From NCBI GenBank assembly GCA_037447605.1, contig CM074806.1, positions 1,054,001 to 1,118,000 on the forward strand: a stretch of DNA of 64,000 bases. The letters are read 5' to 3'. Source of the DNA: Zygnema circumcarinatum SAG 698-1b. Lineage: Eukaryota > Plantae > Zygnematophyceae. The translations under genes and the position numbers were made by a program. A model generated the notes under the pieces. That model made no database searches. It was not told the origin of the DNA and was given only the letters and a program-made list of their open reading frames with translations. Of the stretch, positions 35,270 to 49,008 are shown piece after piece; position 1 is the first letter of the stretch; every line of letters starts with the position of its first letter.

Positions 35270-36432
35270 ATGGGGGGCTCCTCGGGGGAGAGGTCAGACG
35301 GGAATGGGGAGAAAGAGAGTGGAGCCACGGACTCCGGGAAGTATGTGCGTTACTCTAATGATCAGGTGGAGGCGCTGGAACGCGTCTATCATGAGTGTCC
35401 CAAGCCGAGCTCGATGCGGCGCCAGCAACTCATCAAGGAGTGTCCGATTCTGGCAAACATTGAGCCCAAGCAGATCAAAGTCTGGTTTCAGAATAGAAGG
35501 TGACGACGGAGGGTGGATGTGGGGGGTTGATTGGGAAGACGAGGGTGGGGAGGGAACAATGTCTCTGGATGTCCTTGGAATGGATTGAACTGCCCTGGCC
35601 TCACTTAGGTTTTCTTGAGATGTTGGCGGCGTGAGGTTGCCCGGTATGGCCAGTTAGTGGGACTGGTTTCTCTGTGCCGTGAGGCCGGCGAGCTGTTACA
35701 GTGACATCATCGACAGCTTGTAACGCTTTCCTTGATTGTTTGGAGTTGAGCCTCTTATGATGAGCAATATGACAACTTATGAGCAGAAGAAAAAACCTAC
35801 TTATACAGACTGAGATGGAATTGGTCAACGTTGGTGATCAGTCTATTTGAAGATTGCAAATGTGCTGAAGTGGTATCGCCTGCGACTGCGAGTCCAGAGT
35901 GGTTGTGATAGGCTACTTTGAGCTCAGTCGCAGTGAACATGGTCAACGGATGCATTTGAAGGTCAATGCTGAACTCGTAGGCTGACAGTTCTATTCACGT
36001 GTGCCAGGTGTCGGGAGAGGCAACGGATGGAGTCCAACCGTCTACAGACAATGAATTCAAAGCTGACGGCTTTGAATAAGCTTCTGGTGGAAGAAAATGA
36101 CCTTTCAACGAAGAAAATTTCACAGTTGACTATGGAGAACGCTATCTTGCGGCAACGTCTTGCAAAATATGAGAGCCTTCTGAAATTGGAACCAGATTCT
36201 GCTGCAAAGGCTGTTACTACAGTACCCGAACATGTGAGACCTCACATCATAAAATCTTGCGTCGTGTTTTCCTGTTGTGTATTTATTGTTAGTAGGATGT
36301 TGGATGTCGACTTGATTATTCCACTCAAAATGTTGCGGAATTCGTTAAAATCGAGGAGTTTGATCCGATATAATCGCTTCTTGAAGGGTCTTCATTTGCC
36401 ATTGATGCCCAGAATGTCTGCTCCTTGATGCA

Positions 36433-36464
<32 letters not shown>

Positions 36465-39400
36465 AGCAGCAACAACTTGTACAGGCACAGGCTCAGGCGA
36501 CAGCTCAAGCACAAGCACAACAGGGGATAAAGTTTGACCTCCCACTTCTGATGGCACACGCTAATCATGCACTCAACCGTCAGGCTGAAGGTGTCAGTCA
36601 AGCTCTTCATCAAGCTCCCAAACCCTTCGGCTTCCATCATGACGGAACAACTGGTGTTCCGACCTCTCTTGACAACAGCCAAGAATCTGCTGTGACAACC
36701 AATTTACAAGGAGGAGACGACGTTAGACCCGAGACGAGTACATCTGGGTAAGGACGCAATGGCCGGGGAAGTTCGCGAGCATGAGACCTAGTTGGATATT
36801 CGATTTGTATCGTTAATTCTGCCGCAGAATTAGTTCCAACGTGAATGAGTTTTTTGTGCGCTCGCTTGAACAGAAGGGAATATTGCCCTGGTGAATGCAG
36901 GCTTTTTGCTATTGCGGAGGAGATATTGGCTGAATTCCTAGCAAAAGCTTCCGGAACAGCCATCGATTTTGTCGAGTTGCCTGGAATGAAGGTAAAGCCA
37001 ATTTCGTGCCTCATTTGTGAATGTAAAGTATTCTTTTCAACAATTTTGAGGTTGTAAACTTCCAACTTGCTTCTAGGGCTTAGTGAGGTTATAGCCTATG
37101 CAGAGTTCCTAATAGGAGCCAAAACGGCAGCTGAATTTAGTTGGAGTTGCTGCGCTTTAACAGCAGCTAACTTTCCTGTTATGCTTTGCTCATTGAGATA
37201 TCGTAGATGGGTAACGTAGATAATTATTGGAACTTCCTTTACAATTGTGCAGGCAGGAAATGATTTCATCGGCAGAGTGACAGTTTCTTATGGTGGCACT
37301 GGAGTTGCAGCCCGAGCAGCAGGAGTGGTTCCACTTGAACCATTGAGGGTAAGTAGTTTGAAACAAGAATCACGAGTGCAAGCTCCCATAAAGGTCTGGT
37401 AACTGATTTTCATAGACTTCCTCTGCCATCTAAAAAGCTTGTCCTTCTCTACCGTTGTCTGGGATCTAAACTCTCAGTCACTGGACCAATAAGTGTGTGT
37501 CTCTCACAGGTAACGGAGCTACTAAAGGATCGAATGTCATGGTTACGAGATTGTCGTCGTTGTGATGCCCTTGGTGGTTTTTGCACCGCCAATGGAGGGA
37601 CCGTGGAGCTCATATATACTCAGGTTTGTCCATCCCCATAAAAAGTTCTTGATTGAGACGCTCTTTTGGGAGCGTGCGAGAAGTGAAGCTTTCCAACCAT
37701 AAGGATCTCCTCGTGATGTTCTCATGCATTGTCCAACACTTTTCTGCAGATGTATGCACCAACAACATTAGCACCTCCACGGGACTTCTGCACTTTGCGG
37801 TACACAACAGCGTTGGATGGTGGTAGAGTGGTGGTAAGTCAGCCTTGTTGCTACCCGCTTGAGAACATACCCACTTTAGTAGATGCTGTAAATAATCGGG
37901 CAATTGCAGGGCTCTGGTCCGGTGACAGGCAGTCAAAGAAATTTCAGGTTGATTATGCAACCAACATGTACTCATCCGGCAGTTTGATGACCTTTCGTTC
38001 TGCAGATTTGTGAGCGCTCTCTTAATAGTTCACATGGGGGTGCAACCATGCCAGCTGTCCCCTCCTTTGTACGAGCGGAGATGTTGCCAAGTGGATATCT
38101 GATTCGGCCTTGTGAAGGAGGCTGTCTGATCGTAGCAGTAGATCACATGGATCTGGAGGTTTGTCTCCCTTTTGCCCCACTCTTTGTCAGTCGGTAGTTT
38201 GAGACATCCTCATTTCAGACATGTTGTGAAGATTTACATTTGAGAATGCAGTCCGTTATGTGCTATCAGAGCGAAAGCTTTTTTCCCTGCTTTCTTATAG
38301 TTGGCCCATCGTCTGGAGGAATGTGGCAGCCATGGAGTGTTCCGGAAGTGCTTCGACCATTGTATGAATCTTCGGCTGCGTTGGCGCAAAGAGTTACTTT
38401 GGAGGTAAGGATCCCTTATGCTCATTTAAACAACATTGTTGTAGGTATCATCAATCAACATGTGTTCATTGATCCGTGGTAATATTTTTCGACATCAGGT
38501 CCTTCCTTAGCTCAAGTTTACTTCTGTTTCAATTCATGGCCGAGAAAAACCCCTTATGTCAGGAATGAAACAGGTAATGGATTCAGCAGGTCGGCCATTA
38601 GACAAACTTATGCACTCATGCTATAAACTTAGGTTAGTTTTTGCTTGACTTCTTCCAATATTTCGCATAAGTATGCCTTAGGATCTAACAAAACTAAGTT
38701 GAATTCCACTATTTATAATAGCCCTACACAATTTTTCAATAGCATTCTGCATTAATATTGAAAACATTTGTGCTGATTACCATGGGGGGGTGCTTGCAGG
38801 CCCTCAGATATCTCCGCCGCGTAGCGCAGGAAGCTGCGGGAGGAACAGGCGGAGCAGGAAGTGCTCAGCAATTGGCTGCTTGGAGGGCCATTGCTGAACG
38901 CATAGCAATGTATGCATTCCCTCCTTCTGTTGTCTCTCAGTTCGTTTGAATGCAGGCCCAAAGGATGTCAGTACTACCTCAATGCTAGTATCAATAGTAA
39001 GAATTCCCAGCACCATTCTCTCTTGCGAATCTCTCATCACTTCCTTCCATTCTTTTTTTTTTTTTTTTTTGTGCAGGGGTTTCAATGAAGCCGTGAATGG
39101 TTTCGCAGACGACAATTGGGTTTCGCTGCCCAGCGATGGCTTGGATGACGTAAGCGTTGCATCACGGGCTACATTACCGATGAAATCTCCCGGGCAGAGC
39201 GGATTAGTTCCGGACGGGCCCGGTCCAATTGGAGGAGGAGTACTTTGCGCTAAAGCTTCAATGCTTCTGCAGGTATGGCTATCACTTCAACTTCCAAACT
39301 CCCATTCGTGGTGAATAGCACTAACTGCCCCTTTTTTCCCTTCCATAGCACTGATGTATGTCCATCCTTTGCTTTTCCACCCCGTGAAGTTCGCCACGTT

Positions 39401-42181
39401 CTGAACTCCACTGTGTGGCTGCATGTATATGGGCAGAATGTGCCCCCTGCACTGCTCATCCGCTTCTTGAGAGACCATCGTTCAGAGTGGGCGGATGGCG
39501 ATATTGATGCAAATTCTGCAGCGGCTGTGCAAGCGAGCTTGGTGGGGAGGGCCGATGGCAGCAATGGGCAGGTCCCTCTGCCATTGGCATATGCCGTGGA
39601 TCAGGAGGAGGTGGGTCTTTTCCAACTGATTACATCTTTGGTAGAGGAGTGTGGTCGCTACTTTGGCCTCCAATTCGGCTTCACTATCGCTACATACTTT
39701 CTCAATTTGAAGTAGCTGGGGAGACATGGGACTTTGGAGCTAGTAGACTTAAGGTTTGCTTTTTCATTATTATGATTCGTAAAATTCTTCCTGAACTTGG
39801 ATGGACATATGATCTGGCTGCACTGAGGTAAATTATTTGGAATGAAAACGTGCTTTTGGTCTTTTTGAGGCTGGTCAATGTACGGTTAAAGATTAATTTT
39901 GTTCCAGATGATGGAACAGCACATGGATATTGATTAAAGGCCTTTTCAGAGGAGGCAACAGACTCCTAATGGTAATATCTGAACATTGGGAGGGAGGGCA
40001 TGGGACGGGGAAGGCAGTTCTTGGAGCTGGTGAAGCTTGAGGGGCATAGTCAGGAGCAAGATGGCAGCCTTATGCCGAGGGAAACCTTCCTCTTGCAGGT
40101 AACACATATTGAGTGAGGAAAGGAGACTCTGTCAGTGTAACCTATGTGTTTTTTATGTCCGTCCCTTTTTTCATTTTTACTTCTCTTTGCGTAGCAGTTG
40201 TGAGGGGTCAATTCATGCTATTGTGTTGTGGCGCAGTTATCTTCAAAATGTGGATGTTCCTTTTTTGTGTCGCTTTGTAGCTGTTAAATTCGTATGTGGA
40301 GGTCTTTAAGAAGCTGCATCTCTTTGAGTTAAAAGGCTGTACAACTTTTTGCGGTTCATCTCTCAGGCGAAGGAAGTGGCTTACGAGCTGCCGTGTAAAT
40401 AGATCGGCCAGTCACCTTAGAAGTGTATGCCTCATGTAAAAAAAAAAAAAAAACCCAAGGAATTTCTCTGTTTGCGAACTCAAAATGTTTGACCTGGGTT
40501 TCTTACCTTTTAATCCTCTCTTTGTTCTCTACTTCTGCAGCTCTGCAGCGGAGTAGATGAGACAGCTGTTGCGATGGCTCAGCTCGTGTTCGCTCCCGTG
40601 GATGCAGCCTCAACAGCAGATACCGTACCCCTCCTTCCTTCTGGGTTTCGAGTCATCCCTTTGGAATCCGGCCCTACAGTGAGAACAATTCTTCTTGTTC
40701 TTGTTCTTGTTCTTGTTCTTGTTCTTCTTGTTCTTGTTCTCCTTCTACTTCTTCTTCTTGTTCTTGTTCTTGTTCTTCTTCTTCTTCTTCTTCTTCTTCT
40801 TCTTCTTGTTGATCTTCTTTGAATCGTGTTTGTCTATTCAAGGGCTCTCCCCTGCCGGATGCTCTGCTGAAGTTCAAAGTCTTCTCAATGTATTGATATT
40901 TGGTTTCAATTTCTCCAGGAGAGGCCCGGGCAGCCGTCAGTGCGAACACTGGACCTCGCATCTGCATTGGAAGGGCAGTCAGAAGGAGGGAGACAGGGAG
41001 ACGCATCAGCTTCTAGGCTCCGTTCTGTGCTCACTATTGCCTTCCAATTCGCATATGAAGGACCCACAAGGGATGCTGTGGCAATAGTTGCGAGGCAATA
41101 TGTTCGTTCAGTGGTGGCCTCCGTGCAAAGGGTAGCTTTGGCCCTTGCTCCTTCACCACATAGTGTTGTGGACCATCCTGCCCTGACTACTAGCAATTCT
41201 GAGGCTATGATGGTCCTCTCTCACCGGGTCCTTCAGAGCTACAGGTTAGCAGCTTTCCTGAGCTGGATTGGTCAGTTTGGGACGTTAACCAGCTGCATTT
41301 CCTCTCGTTTTCATGATCATGCCTCTCTGCTTCGATCCCTTTGGCAGGTGTTAGCCATAGCATAGCAATAACATGTCACTGTTCCACCATTCCTACAGGC
41401 TGTTTTTGGGAATGGACCTTGTGCGGATAGACCCCTCTTTGAGCGGGGAAGCGGTCTTTAAGTCGTTCTGGGAATATGCAGACCCCATCATCTGTGTTGC
41501 CTGGAAGGTGAGGACAGAGAGCCCTATGACTGTCGCAGTAGGCAAATGCTTGAGAGGGTTGAATGGGCATGAAAGGAGCATCTAATGTCTGTTAAAAATG
41601 TGTTTCCAAGGTTGTGCATTGGATGGCAGTCGGCATGCTGCAATTGCTTTTGTTCCGAGAGGGTTTATGATTGCGGAGATATTGCAAAGTGACCTTCATG
41701 GATACAGTTCTGATTTTGAGCACTGACTTTTGAATGACTGGCAGATGTCTCCGGAGCTTTTGTTCGCTAACCAGGCTGGTCTTGCAATGCTGGAGACTTC
41801 GACAATGGGATTGGCTGAGATTCCTTGGGAGAAAACGTATAACGAAGAGGGAGCAAAGGCAGCGTATTCTGCACTTTCTCAGGTCATGCAGCAGGTGAGA
41901 AAGGAAAGGAAAGGCAACCGAGTTCTGAAACTTCTGTTCAGCTTTCCTCCAAGGAATCCAAACCAGCTTGATCTTGCTTGCAAGTGCGATATGTTTGGCT
42001 TACCCGTTTCCTCATTTGCTTCTGAGTGCAGGGCTATGCCTACCTTTCCCCAGGCATCCGAATATCTGCAACCGGTCGAGCTGCACGCTACGAACGGGGG
42101 GTAGCGTGGAAAGTGGTGGACGAGGAAGACAACCTCAAATTCATTGCGTGCATGCACATGCAGTGGTCGTTTGTGAGCTAA
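35270..42181 (+). CDS. C3HDZ: Class III HD-ZIP transcription factor (homeodomain, leucine zipper, START, HD-SAD, MEKHLA); multi-exon
   Basis: DSGKYVRYSNDQVEALERVYHECPKPSSMRRQQLIKECPILANIEPKQIKVWFQNRR|CRE; MYAPTTLAPPRDFCTLRY; GFNEAVNGFADD; RTLDLASALE; FANQAGLAMLET...QWSFVS*. Confidence 0.97.
36431..36475 (+). repeat. CAG/CAA repeat encoding 15 Gln
   Basis: (cag)4(caa)5(cag)4(caa)2 in a predicted coding exon. Confidence 0.85.
40689..40810. repeat. Intronic (TTC/TTG)n microsatellite
   Basis: ttcttg/ttc run directly after the donor at ~40679. Confidence 0.95.
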
Positions 42182-43480
42182 AGCCCTTCCACGTAAACTC
42201 ACCTATACTGCTACATTATCTGCTGCATAGCAGGTCGAGGCAATAGGAGGTCTGCAAGAGTGAAATTCACCGAACATAGGATACTGCGCGCAAGCCAGGA
42301 AGGTGATATTTCCGGTCCTTCGATCGCCATTGCAAGTGCTTGTCCCTCACGGATTGCCTTTCATCATTCACTCTCACTGCATCGCATTTCTGGGCAGTTT
42401 TACAGTAGTGGCTATGCTCCACTCATTTATGGGCGCTATTAAAAAATACCTGCACTCTCGTTTATAGAGGTAGCGAGAGGCGCAGTTCCTTCTTTGTGAT
42501 TTGATTCTATATATAGAGAGAGAGAAAGATACGCATATATTAAGATAGCGCTTTATGTGTCGTTTTTAGGGGTATACCTTGCCTTTATTTCAGCAGGGAA
42601 GTAGGGAAGGGACTTTAGTGCGAGGGTTCGCTGCAAAGGCAAGGGGTGCAGATGAAGCTATGTACCATCGTATAAGAAATGCAACCAATTGTTGTTTCAC
42701 CCCTCCCTCCTTTCTTTCCTTCAAGTCGGTGCGACTGAGAGAGGTACTGCTGAAATTCCCTTCTTTTCCTTAAAAAACACAAGGGGCTATACTTCAGCAG
42801 TTCCATGAAATCTTGAACCGAAGAACAAAAGAAGAAGGATCGTGGAACACGGTGCTCACAAGCGGACCAAGTTCTGTAGATTGCCGGTTAACTCCGGAAT
42901 GCTCCCTCAGAAATTCTTATATAATATAGATCGTCCAGTCCCCGCTCCATCTAAATTCTAAGGGAGCGTTTTCCTGCGAATGGAAACCAACAGACTTACT
43001 CATGTCGCATTCAATTTTGCGATTGTACAATGCGTGAAGTTCGCCTGGGCGAGTGTTCAGCGCGCCGGCATCGAAATTGAAACAAGGGTCAGGAACCATG
43101 AAACCCCTTTGTGGAAAGTCATGGGGTTCAGTAGGTGAATAGGTTTGGACATTGAGAAATTAAATAAACAATTGTTTCAATGTCGCAGCCCGTTGACGGT
43201 GAGTGAAGAAAGATAGTAGTCATCGAGAGCCAAGTGTCATCGCCAAATGTAATTGAAGTCAAGCGACATTGGAGTATAACATCTATTTGGGACCTTGCAA
43301 GGATTTTTTCCTTTCTTTGTACACGAATGTAACGAAATCTCCAAGCATTTTATTAATTACAAAAACCGTCCAAGCCCAAGTTTTCGGCCTTCAAATCGAT
43401 TCAAAACATACTGAGCAATTCAAATTATTGCAGACCATGGTCATACGGTTAGATGGGATTGCACCGTTGTAAGAGGGATG

Positions 43481-43620
43481 TGGCATTGATCTCACGATGC
43501 GAGGCCATCAAATGTACATGGACAAAATCAGCATGGGGAACCACATGGAACTGGTCGCGAAGGACCTAAGGAAAAAATGAAAAAAGCTAGGAGCGTAAAG
43601 CTACCCCTAGGCTCAACAAT
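43481..43620 (+). repeat. Unclassified dispersed repeat, copy 3
   Basis: Shares the core and the downstream aagctaggagcg.aaa.ctac.cctaggc.caacaa with copy 1. Confidence 0.75.
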
Positions 43621-44622
43621 CGATCGGCGGAGGAGAGGGCTTGTGGCCGGGGCCGTGCGCGCATCTCCACGGAGCGATCGATGGGCGCACTGGCGGAGGA
43701 AGGAAGGACGGCCTCCAAACGCGCGTCGAGGCACCCACAAATCGCAACAGCCATACGAACAAACTCGTCCGGCGGCCGCGTCACGTCACGCCGGGCATAT
43801 CCTAGCGTATCATGCGCGTTCCTTGCGAAGGGCCGCATCGCCTTCATGATGCGCTGCGCGCAACAATACATCGCGACGGGGAGGATCGGCCAACACAACA
43901 TCCCCAAAAATTCGCGAGCACCCGTAGTCAAACATGAAGACAATGAGAAACTGAAACTGTCACTGAAATTAAACAGTTCTCATCCATATATTTGCGAGTG
44001 GAGGCGACTTCAAAGGAGCCTCGGCCAATAATAGAAATTAAAGAACAGCGGTAGCGGATAGGAGTCTCTGCATCCCCAAGCTGACAGGAGAAACTGTGCC
44101 AAAGAATGGAAAGATTATTTCCCTGCTTCCTATTTCTATGAGGCGCCTTTGAATGCGCTCTACCAGGAGATCCCGACTGCTCTAAATGCTGACGAACGAA
44201 TGGTGGGCAAAGCCACTGCTGAACCTCCTGTAACCTCGGACCGATCAAGTGAAAGAGGATGGGAGTGGGGTTGGGTGCTAGAGAGAGAGAGAGGGCGAGA
44301 AAGAAGCTACTCGTACTCCTAATCTGCTCGGTGCAAGGTTCCAACTTTCACCAATAAGGTCATTCTTACCACGCATCCTTCCCATAAGAGTGATAATAGT
44401 GGGATGGCTGTGCTACTCCCTCTCCAACAGCGGCTAATACTCAAATTGCCGAATAAAGAATCCAGTGCTGGTCATCGCACCCTTGCTCTCTCTTTCTCCG
44501 CCTCAGCTCGTCGTTGTTACTAGCTCTCCACAGACACGCCTCCTCTGAAGAAGCCTATCAGTCTACTTAATGCAAAAGAAGTGACGCTAGCCAAATCGTA
44601 GAGATATCCCCCATACATCCCG

Positions 44623-47600
44623 CTATAGAAGGGCCGTAGCTGTGCCCGTTCCCACCGTTTGCGTGCTCCGCTCTCTTATCTCTTCCATTCGTAGTTCTTC
44701 TCGGAGTTGCATCAGTAACCTTCCCAACTGATTCTGCCCCTTTCCAGTTCGGCCTGAGCCCCAAAAGAAGTCATGGGGGGACGCCTCTACAAGCACAGAG
44801 CCGCCGGTAGATAGCAGCAGAGCTCGCACAGCTGCATGAGTTGAGAACTTGCATCGCAGCGCTCTCTGCATTACTCCTACCCTTGCAGTGGCCCAATCTG
44901 GACGGACCTGCATTCAAACAAATGCAAAGCTAGTGAGTATTTCATGGAATAGCAGACAAAAGAAAGTCGAACTATAACTGTTCACCCTGTGGACCACACA
45001 TTGTTAAACGAGGCACTGAATGAAATGAAATGACTCGCACCCGGTTAGAGGTGTAGATTGAAGTAACGATACTGCCATGAAACCCTGCAGCTGGGCATTC
45101 CTCCTTACCCAATGTCCAATACACAGCAGACACAAACAAAAAAAAAACTGAGCACCCAAACCATGCAAGAAGGGTAGAGAGATAGCCTACAAGGTCAGGT
45201 CTCTGCTTCTCCAATCTCCTTCCAAACCGTGCTGCCTCTTCCGGACTCTTCACGGCCCTTATGGCTCGCACCGTTTCCTCTGCCAAAGCATCAGTGATGC
45301 CGGCAAATTTCTGGGCCTAAAGTAAAAGACCCACTCCCAACCACCCCTGGATTAGGAACATGAGGAGGTCTGACGAGTTGATATGACTAGCTTATCACAT
45401 GGTCAACGACTTGAATTCTGTCCAGCTAGTTATTCTGTCTTACAGATGACGTTTCCTACCTGATAGTAGTGCTCGACACTACGCCATATTGAATCACCCG
45501 CCAAAGCGTCCTTATCAGACATTGTGATTGGATGGTTGGAGAAGTTAGAAAGTCCTCCATAGCGATCCCACGCCTTGTAAAAGTTCACCACGGGAAGTGA
45601 ACCCATTGATCCCATAGAGCCCTCCCCATCAACCACTCCACTTCCGAGAGCTGCCGGCATTACAGGTCTCGGGTCGGGAAGAGGGTGTAAGGAGCCTGTG
45701 ATCAGCAAATCCGGCCCCACCTGCAAATGCAGCAGAGCAGCATTTGCAACTAAATGAGAGCCGCATTCACACAATTCGACTCTCAAAACTATCCCAGAGT
45801 TTTTACTGATGGTTAAAGTAGGCCTCGGTACTCAGAATGGATTTTTGATCCTCCTGTTGTCTACGAATACATCTCACGCATTCCTGGTTTCACAGAAAAC
45901 AATGAATGATTGGAAGGAGTGACATGTTTGACAATTTCTCCGGTTGCCAGCAGCATCACGTAGAAAGCATTCATGCAACTGGCAAGCTTTTAACTAGGAC
46001 AGTACTGTGACTAGGTCAATTCTGAGGCATCCCAAACACCTGCTCAAATGACGTCCCAGAGAGGTTGAGGGCCTGAGTCATCTCCACAAAGCCCAACTCT
46101 CCAACAGGAGAGGGTGCTGTTACACCTCCAATAATCTTTGGTGCAACAAACGCCATAACCTGCAAAGCTTCACCCTTGAAATCAGCACACAGACCTACAA
46201 TCCACAGTAGTGCACGTGTAACCATTCCGCTTTGTGTACAAAAATACGTGAAGACAAGACTTTCCACATACACCGTGCGATCAATGGCACATCTTTTCTC
46301 CTTTCCACATACACCGTGCGATCAATGGCACATCTTTTCTCCTTTCCACATACACCCTATCAACAGTTTGAAAGTCACAGCAGGTTTTTTTTCATGTGAC
46401 ATGGTCAAACGCCTCTCCCACTGTTCAGAATCTTCGCAATGTGAAGGTGTAAAATGACCAAAACCACACACTACAGAACATCAACTACTCGCAGGATAAT
46501 CCCATTGCAGAAATCATGTGGAAATTGCACCTTGTGAATGGCCCCAGAAGTGATAGCGGGAGCTGACAGAGTCCCCCCACATTCCCAAAGAACTTGCAGA
46601 AACCCTCTTTGAGCGCAATACTCCATCACCGACGAAGGTGTCAAAAAATCAAACTCCACCACCTCCACGTCCCTCCTTTTAAGGAAGGCCTGAAAATCCT
46701 CCCGCGCTCCGCGTTGTGTCATTACAATGGTGGGGGCACAACTCACATCCCATAACCGCGCAGTATCCGGCAACCGCAGTGTGCGTGACATGACAATCCG
46801 CGCAGGAACATGGCCCCCTTCTTGGCGAGTAGTTAAACGTGGATCTGTCCTTCCCCATTAACCACGTGCCCTTAATTGTCAGCATAGTCAATATTTCCGG
46901 GAGCTCCACACGGCAGTGCGCTTTATCTACAGCCCAAATTTGGCATGTGAAGGAAACGTCCAATTTGTCCACTAAGACTCTCACTGCTAACCATGAAGTA
47001 CTGAACAATGCGATAAGGGGTATGATGACAAACAGCACTAGGAGTTCTATCGCAAACGGTCGGAAAAAAGAAGCAGATACTAAAATACAGATGGATGACT
47101 AATCCCCACTTTCTCCTGGGCCATCCTCGTTCTTGCATGTTTGAACAGTACATGACTTTCTCTTACCATCTCGTCGAACTGTGTTCCCTCCAACAATAAC
47201 AGCATCCGACTGTGCTCGAGTTTCAAACACACGTTGCCGCGCAGGTTTGCTTGTCACCCATGCTGCATGACCAGTGCTCGCTGCGATCTTTCCTGCCAAA
47301 AACATTTGATGCAAATGAAGGCAATAGGGACTGTCAGATGCTAACACTTCAGAGCTTGCCACCCATGTAGCCAGAACAAGCCAAGGTGAATATTCGTAGA
47401 CATACCAGCGATTTAGTCTACAAGGGAAGGGGGACCCGAACCAGCATGTGGAAGTGCTTAAGAGTGGCAAACAAGGGTGGTGTGATTCTCCAAAATAGAT
47501 TGATGATTGCGTTCAGACAAGTCTTAGAACCTAGACCTGCCTGCTGCCGTGACTTACTTAAAACAACTTGACATGTAATTGAAGACAGTCTTATTCCCCA

Positions 47601-49008
47601 AAGGACGCAACCCTCAAAGGACTGGCCCACCACTGATACCGCCATCAATTTCGAGGTAATTCTAGAGGCAACTCACCATCAAGAGTCATGGCGTACTTTA
47701 GAATGGAAAAAGGGACGCGATACACCGCTCGATAGAGCAGCGGAGCATTTACTTCTCTGCATGCCGTAATAAGATCCTGGAGGCACCGCCCAGTCCATTT
47801 TCCTAGCCTACACGGATCAGTACCCAGTTTAAAAAAAAAAACCCAGAGAAAAAAATATGCATCAACTGATGTTGAACATGGAGGCCCCGAAGATTGCCGT
47901 ATACTGCCAACATAATGGCGAGGAGAGACGCACCTCATATTGAGGGCCTGCTCGGCCACCCTCGCCAAGGATATCAACACAAACACCAGCTTCTCGTAAA
48001 CTGGTGATTGCACGTCCCCACTGGTGCTCTAAAGGATGCCTGAGGCCAATAATGACCCGTGACACGCCCGCCTGCCTAGCCACAAAACTAACCAGCGGTC
48101 AGCAGTGCTTCCCAGCTGCAAGGTTAACACAAGAAATGATGTAAATTTCCCCGGCGACCCTGTGGAGGTCCAGGCGTTATCTCTCACTATGCCACCCTGA
48201 TAAGTAATTGCAGAGCATATTGTCGGGCTGAGAGCAAATTCGTACCTGGCAGAGAGCTTGCACGGCTCCCTCATCTCCATGGCAATCCCCTGGTTCTAAA
48301 TTAAGATAAGCAACAGCTCCCTTCGCCTGTTCCCGTGCCTCCTCCACTGCAAGAACTTCTGCACTAGGCGTCCCTTGTGCATAGAGATAACCCTCTCCCA
48401 CTATCCGGCCATCTCTCACAATAACACAGCCTGAATTAGGGTGTGGCGCCGTCAAACCCCTTGATGTCCCAGCCAACTCCACTGCTCGAAGCATGAACGA
48501 CCTTTCAAAGGCTGCAGCACGTCCGAAATACATCTCAGGTGAATTTTCGAGATTAATCGCAAAATTCACCGCAAAGCAACAACGACCAGTTCCCACCGCG
48601 TAGGAGCACAAATAAATACATCATCACTCAAGCACATAGCTAAATTCACCAAAAACTGCTGAGAACAAGGCAACAGAGCGGTGTGGCAGAATAACCACCT
48701 GAAGCGTCTGAATAATCAGCAATATCACCAGTAACTCCACCATTTCCCACACTCTTTTGCCGCCAGACATGGCGGGGGGACTTCCGCTCGGTTTCATGCA
48801 AATTCTGCCGGTGCACATGGCCTCTCTGCAGCACTCCTTCTCGCGCAGCCTTGCAAACGTCTATACTCCACCGCAATTGCTTCTTACTGACGCTTGCAGA
48901 ACGTTGTCGAGACTTCCATTTCTGCTTACCCTGGACTTTAAGAAACGGGCTCGAGGCCTCCACAGAGAGTCCCACCTCCCTGACCTGTACTATCTGGCCA
49001 CTTGCCAT
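44623..49008 (-). CDS. PYRR: Riboflavin biosynthesis protein PyrR (inactive deaminase + pyrimidine reductase + COG3236/NADAR N-glycosidase), probably plastid-targeted; multi-exon
   Basis: TAPHPNSGCVI..GTPSAEV..NLEPGDCHG (deaminase lacking zinc ligands); KYAMTLDG|KIAASTGHAAWV..DAVIVGGNTVRRD; VLWECGGTL; FYKAWDRYGGLSNFS..SVEHYYQ; EASPHDFFWG..GQNQLGRLLMQLR. Start codon uncertain. Confidence 0.93.
46261..46356. repeat. Intronic tandem repeat, 41 bp x~2.3
   Basis: tttccacatacaccgtgcgatcaatggcacatcttttctcc is repeated. Confidence 0.85.

Noticed and set aside
40674-41087. Poly-Glu, poly-Leu/Val and poly-Phe ORFs
   Set aside because: Translations of an intronic TTC/TTG microsatellite.
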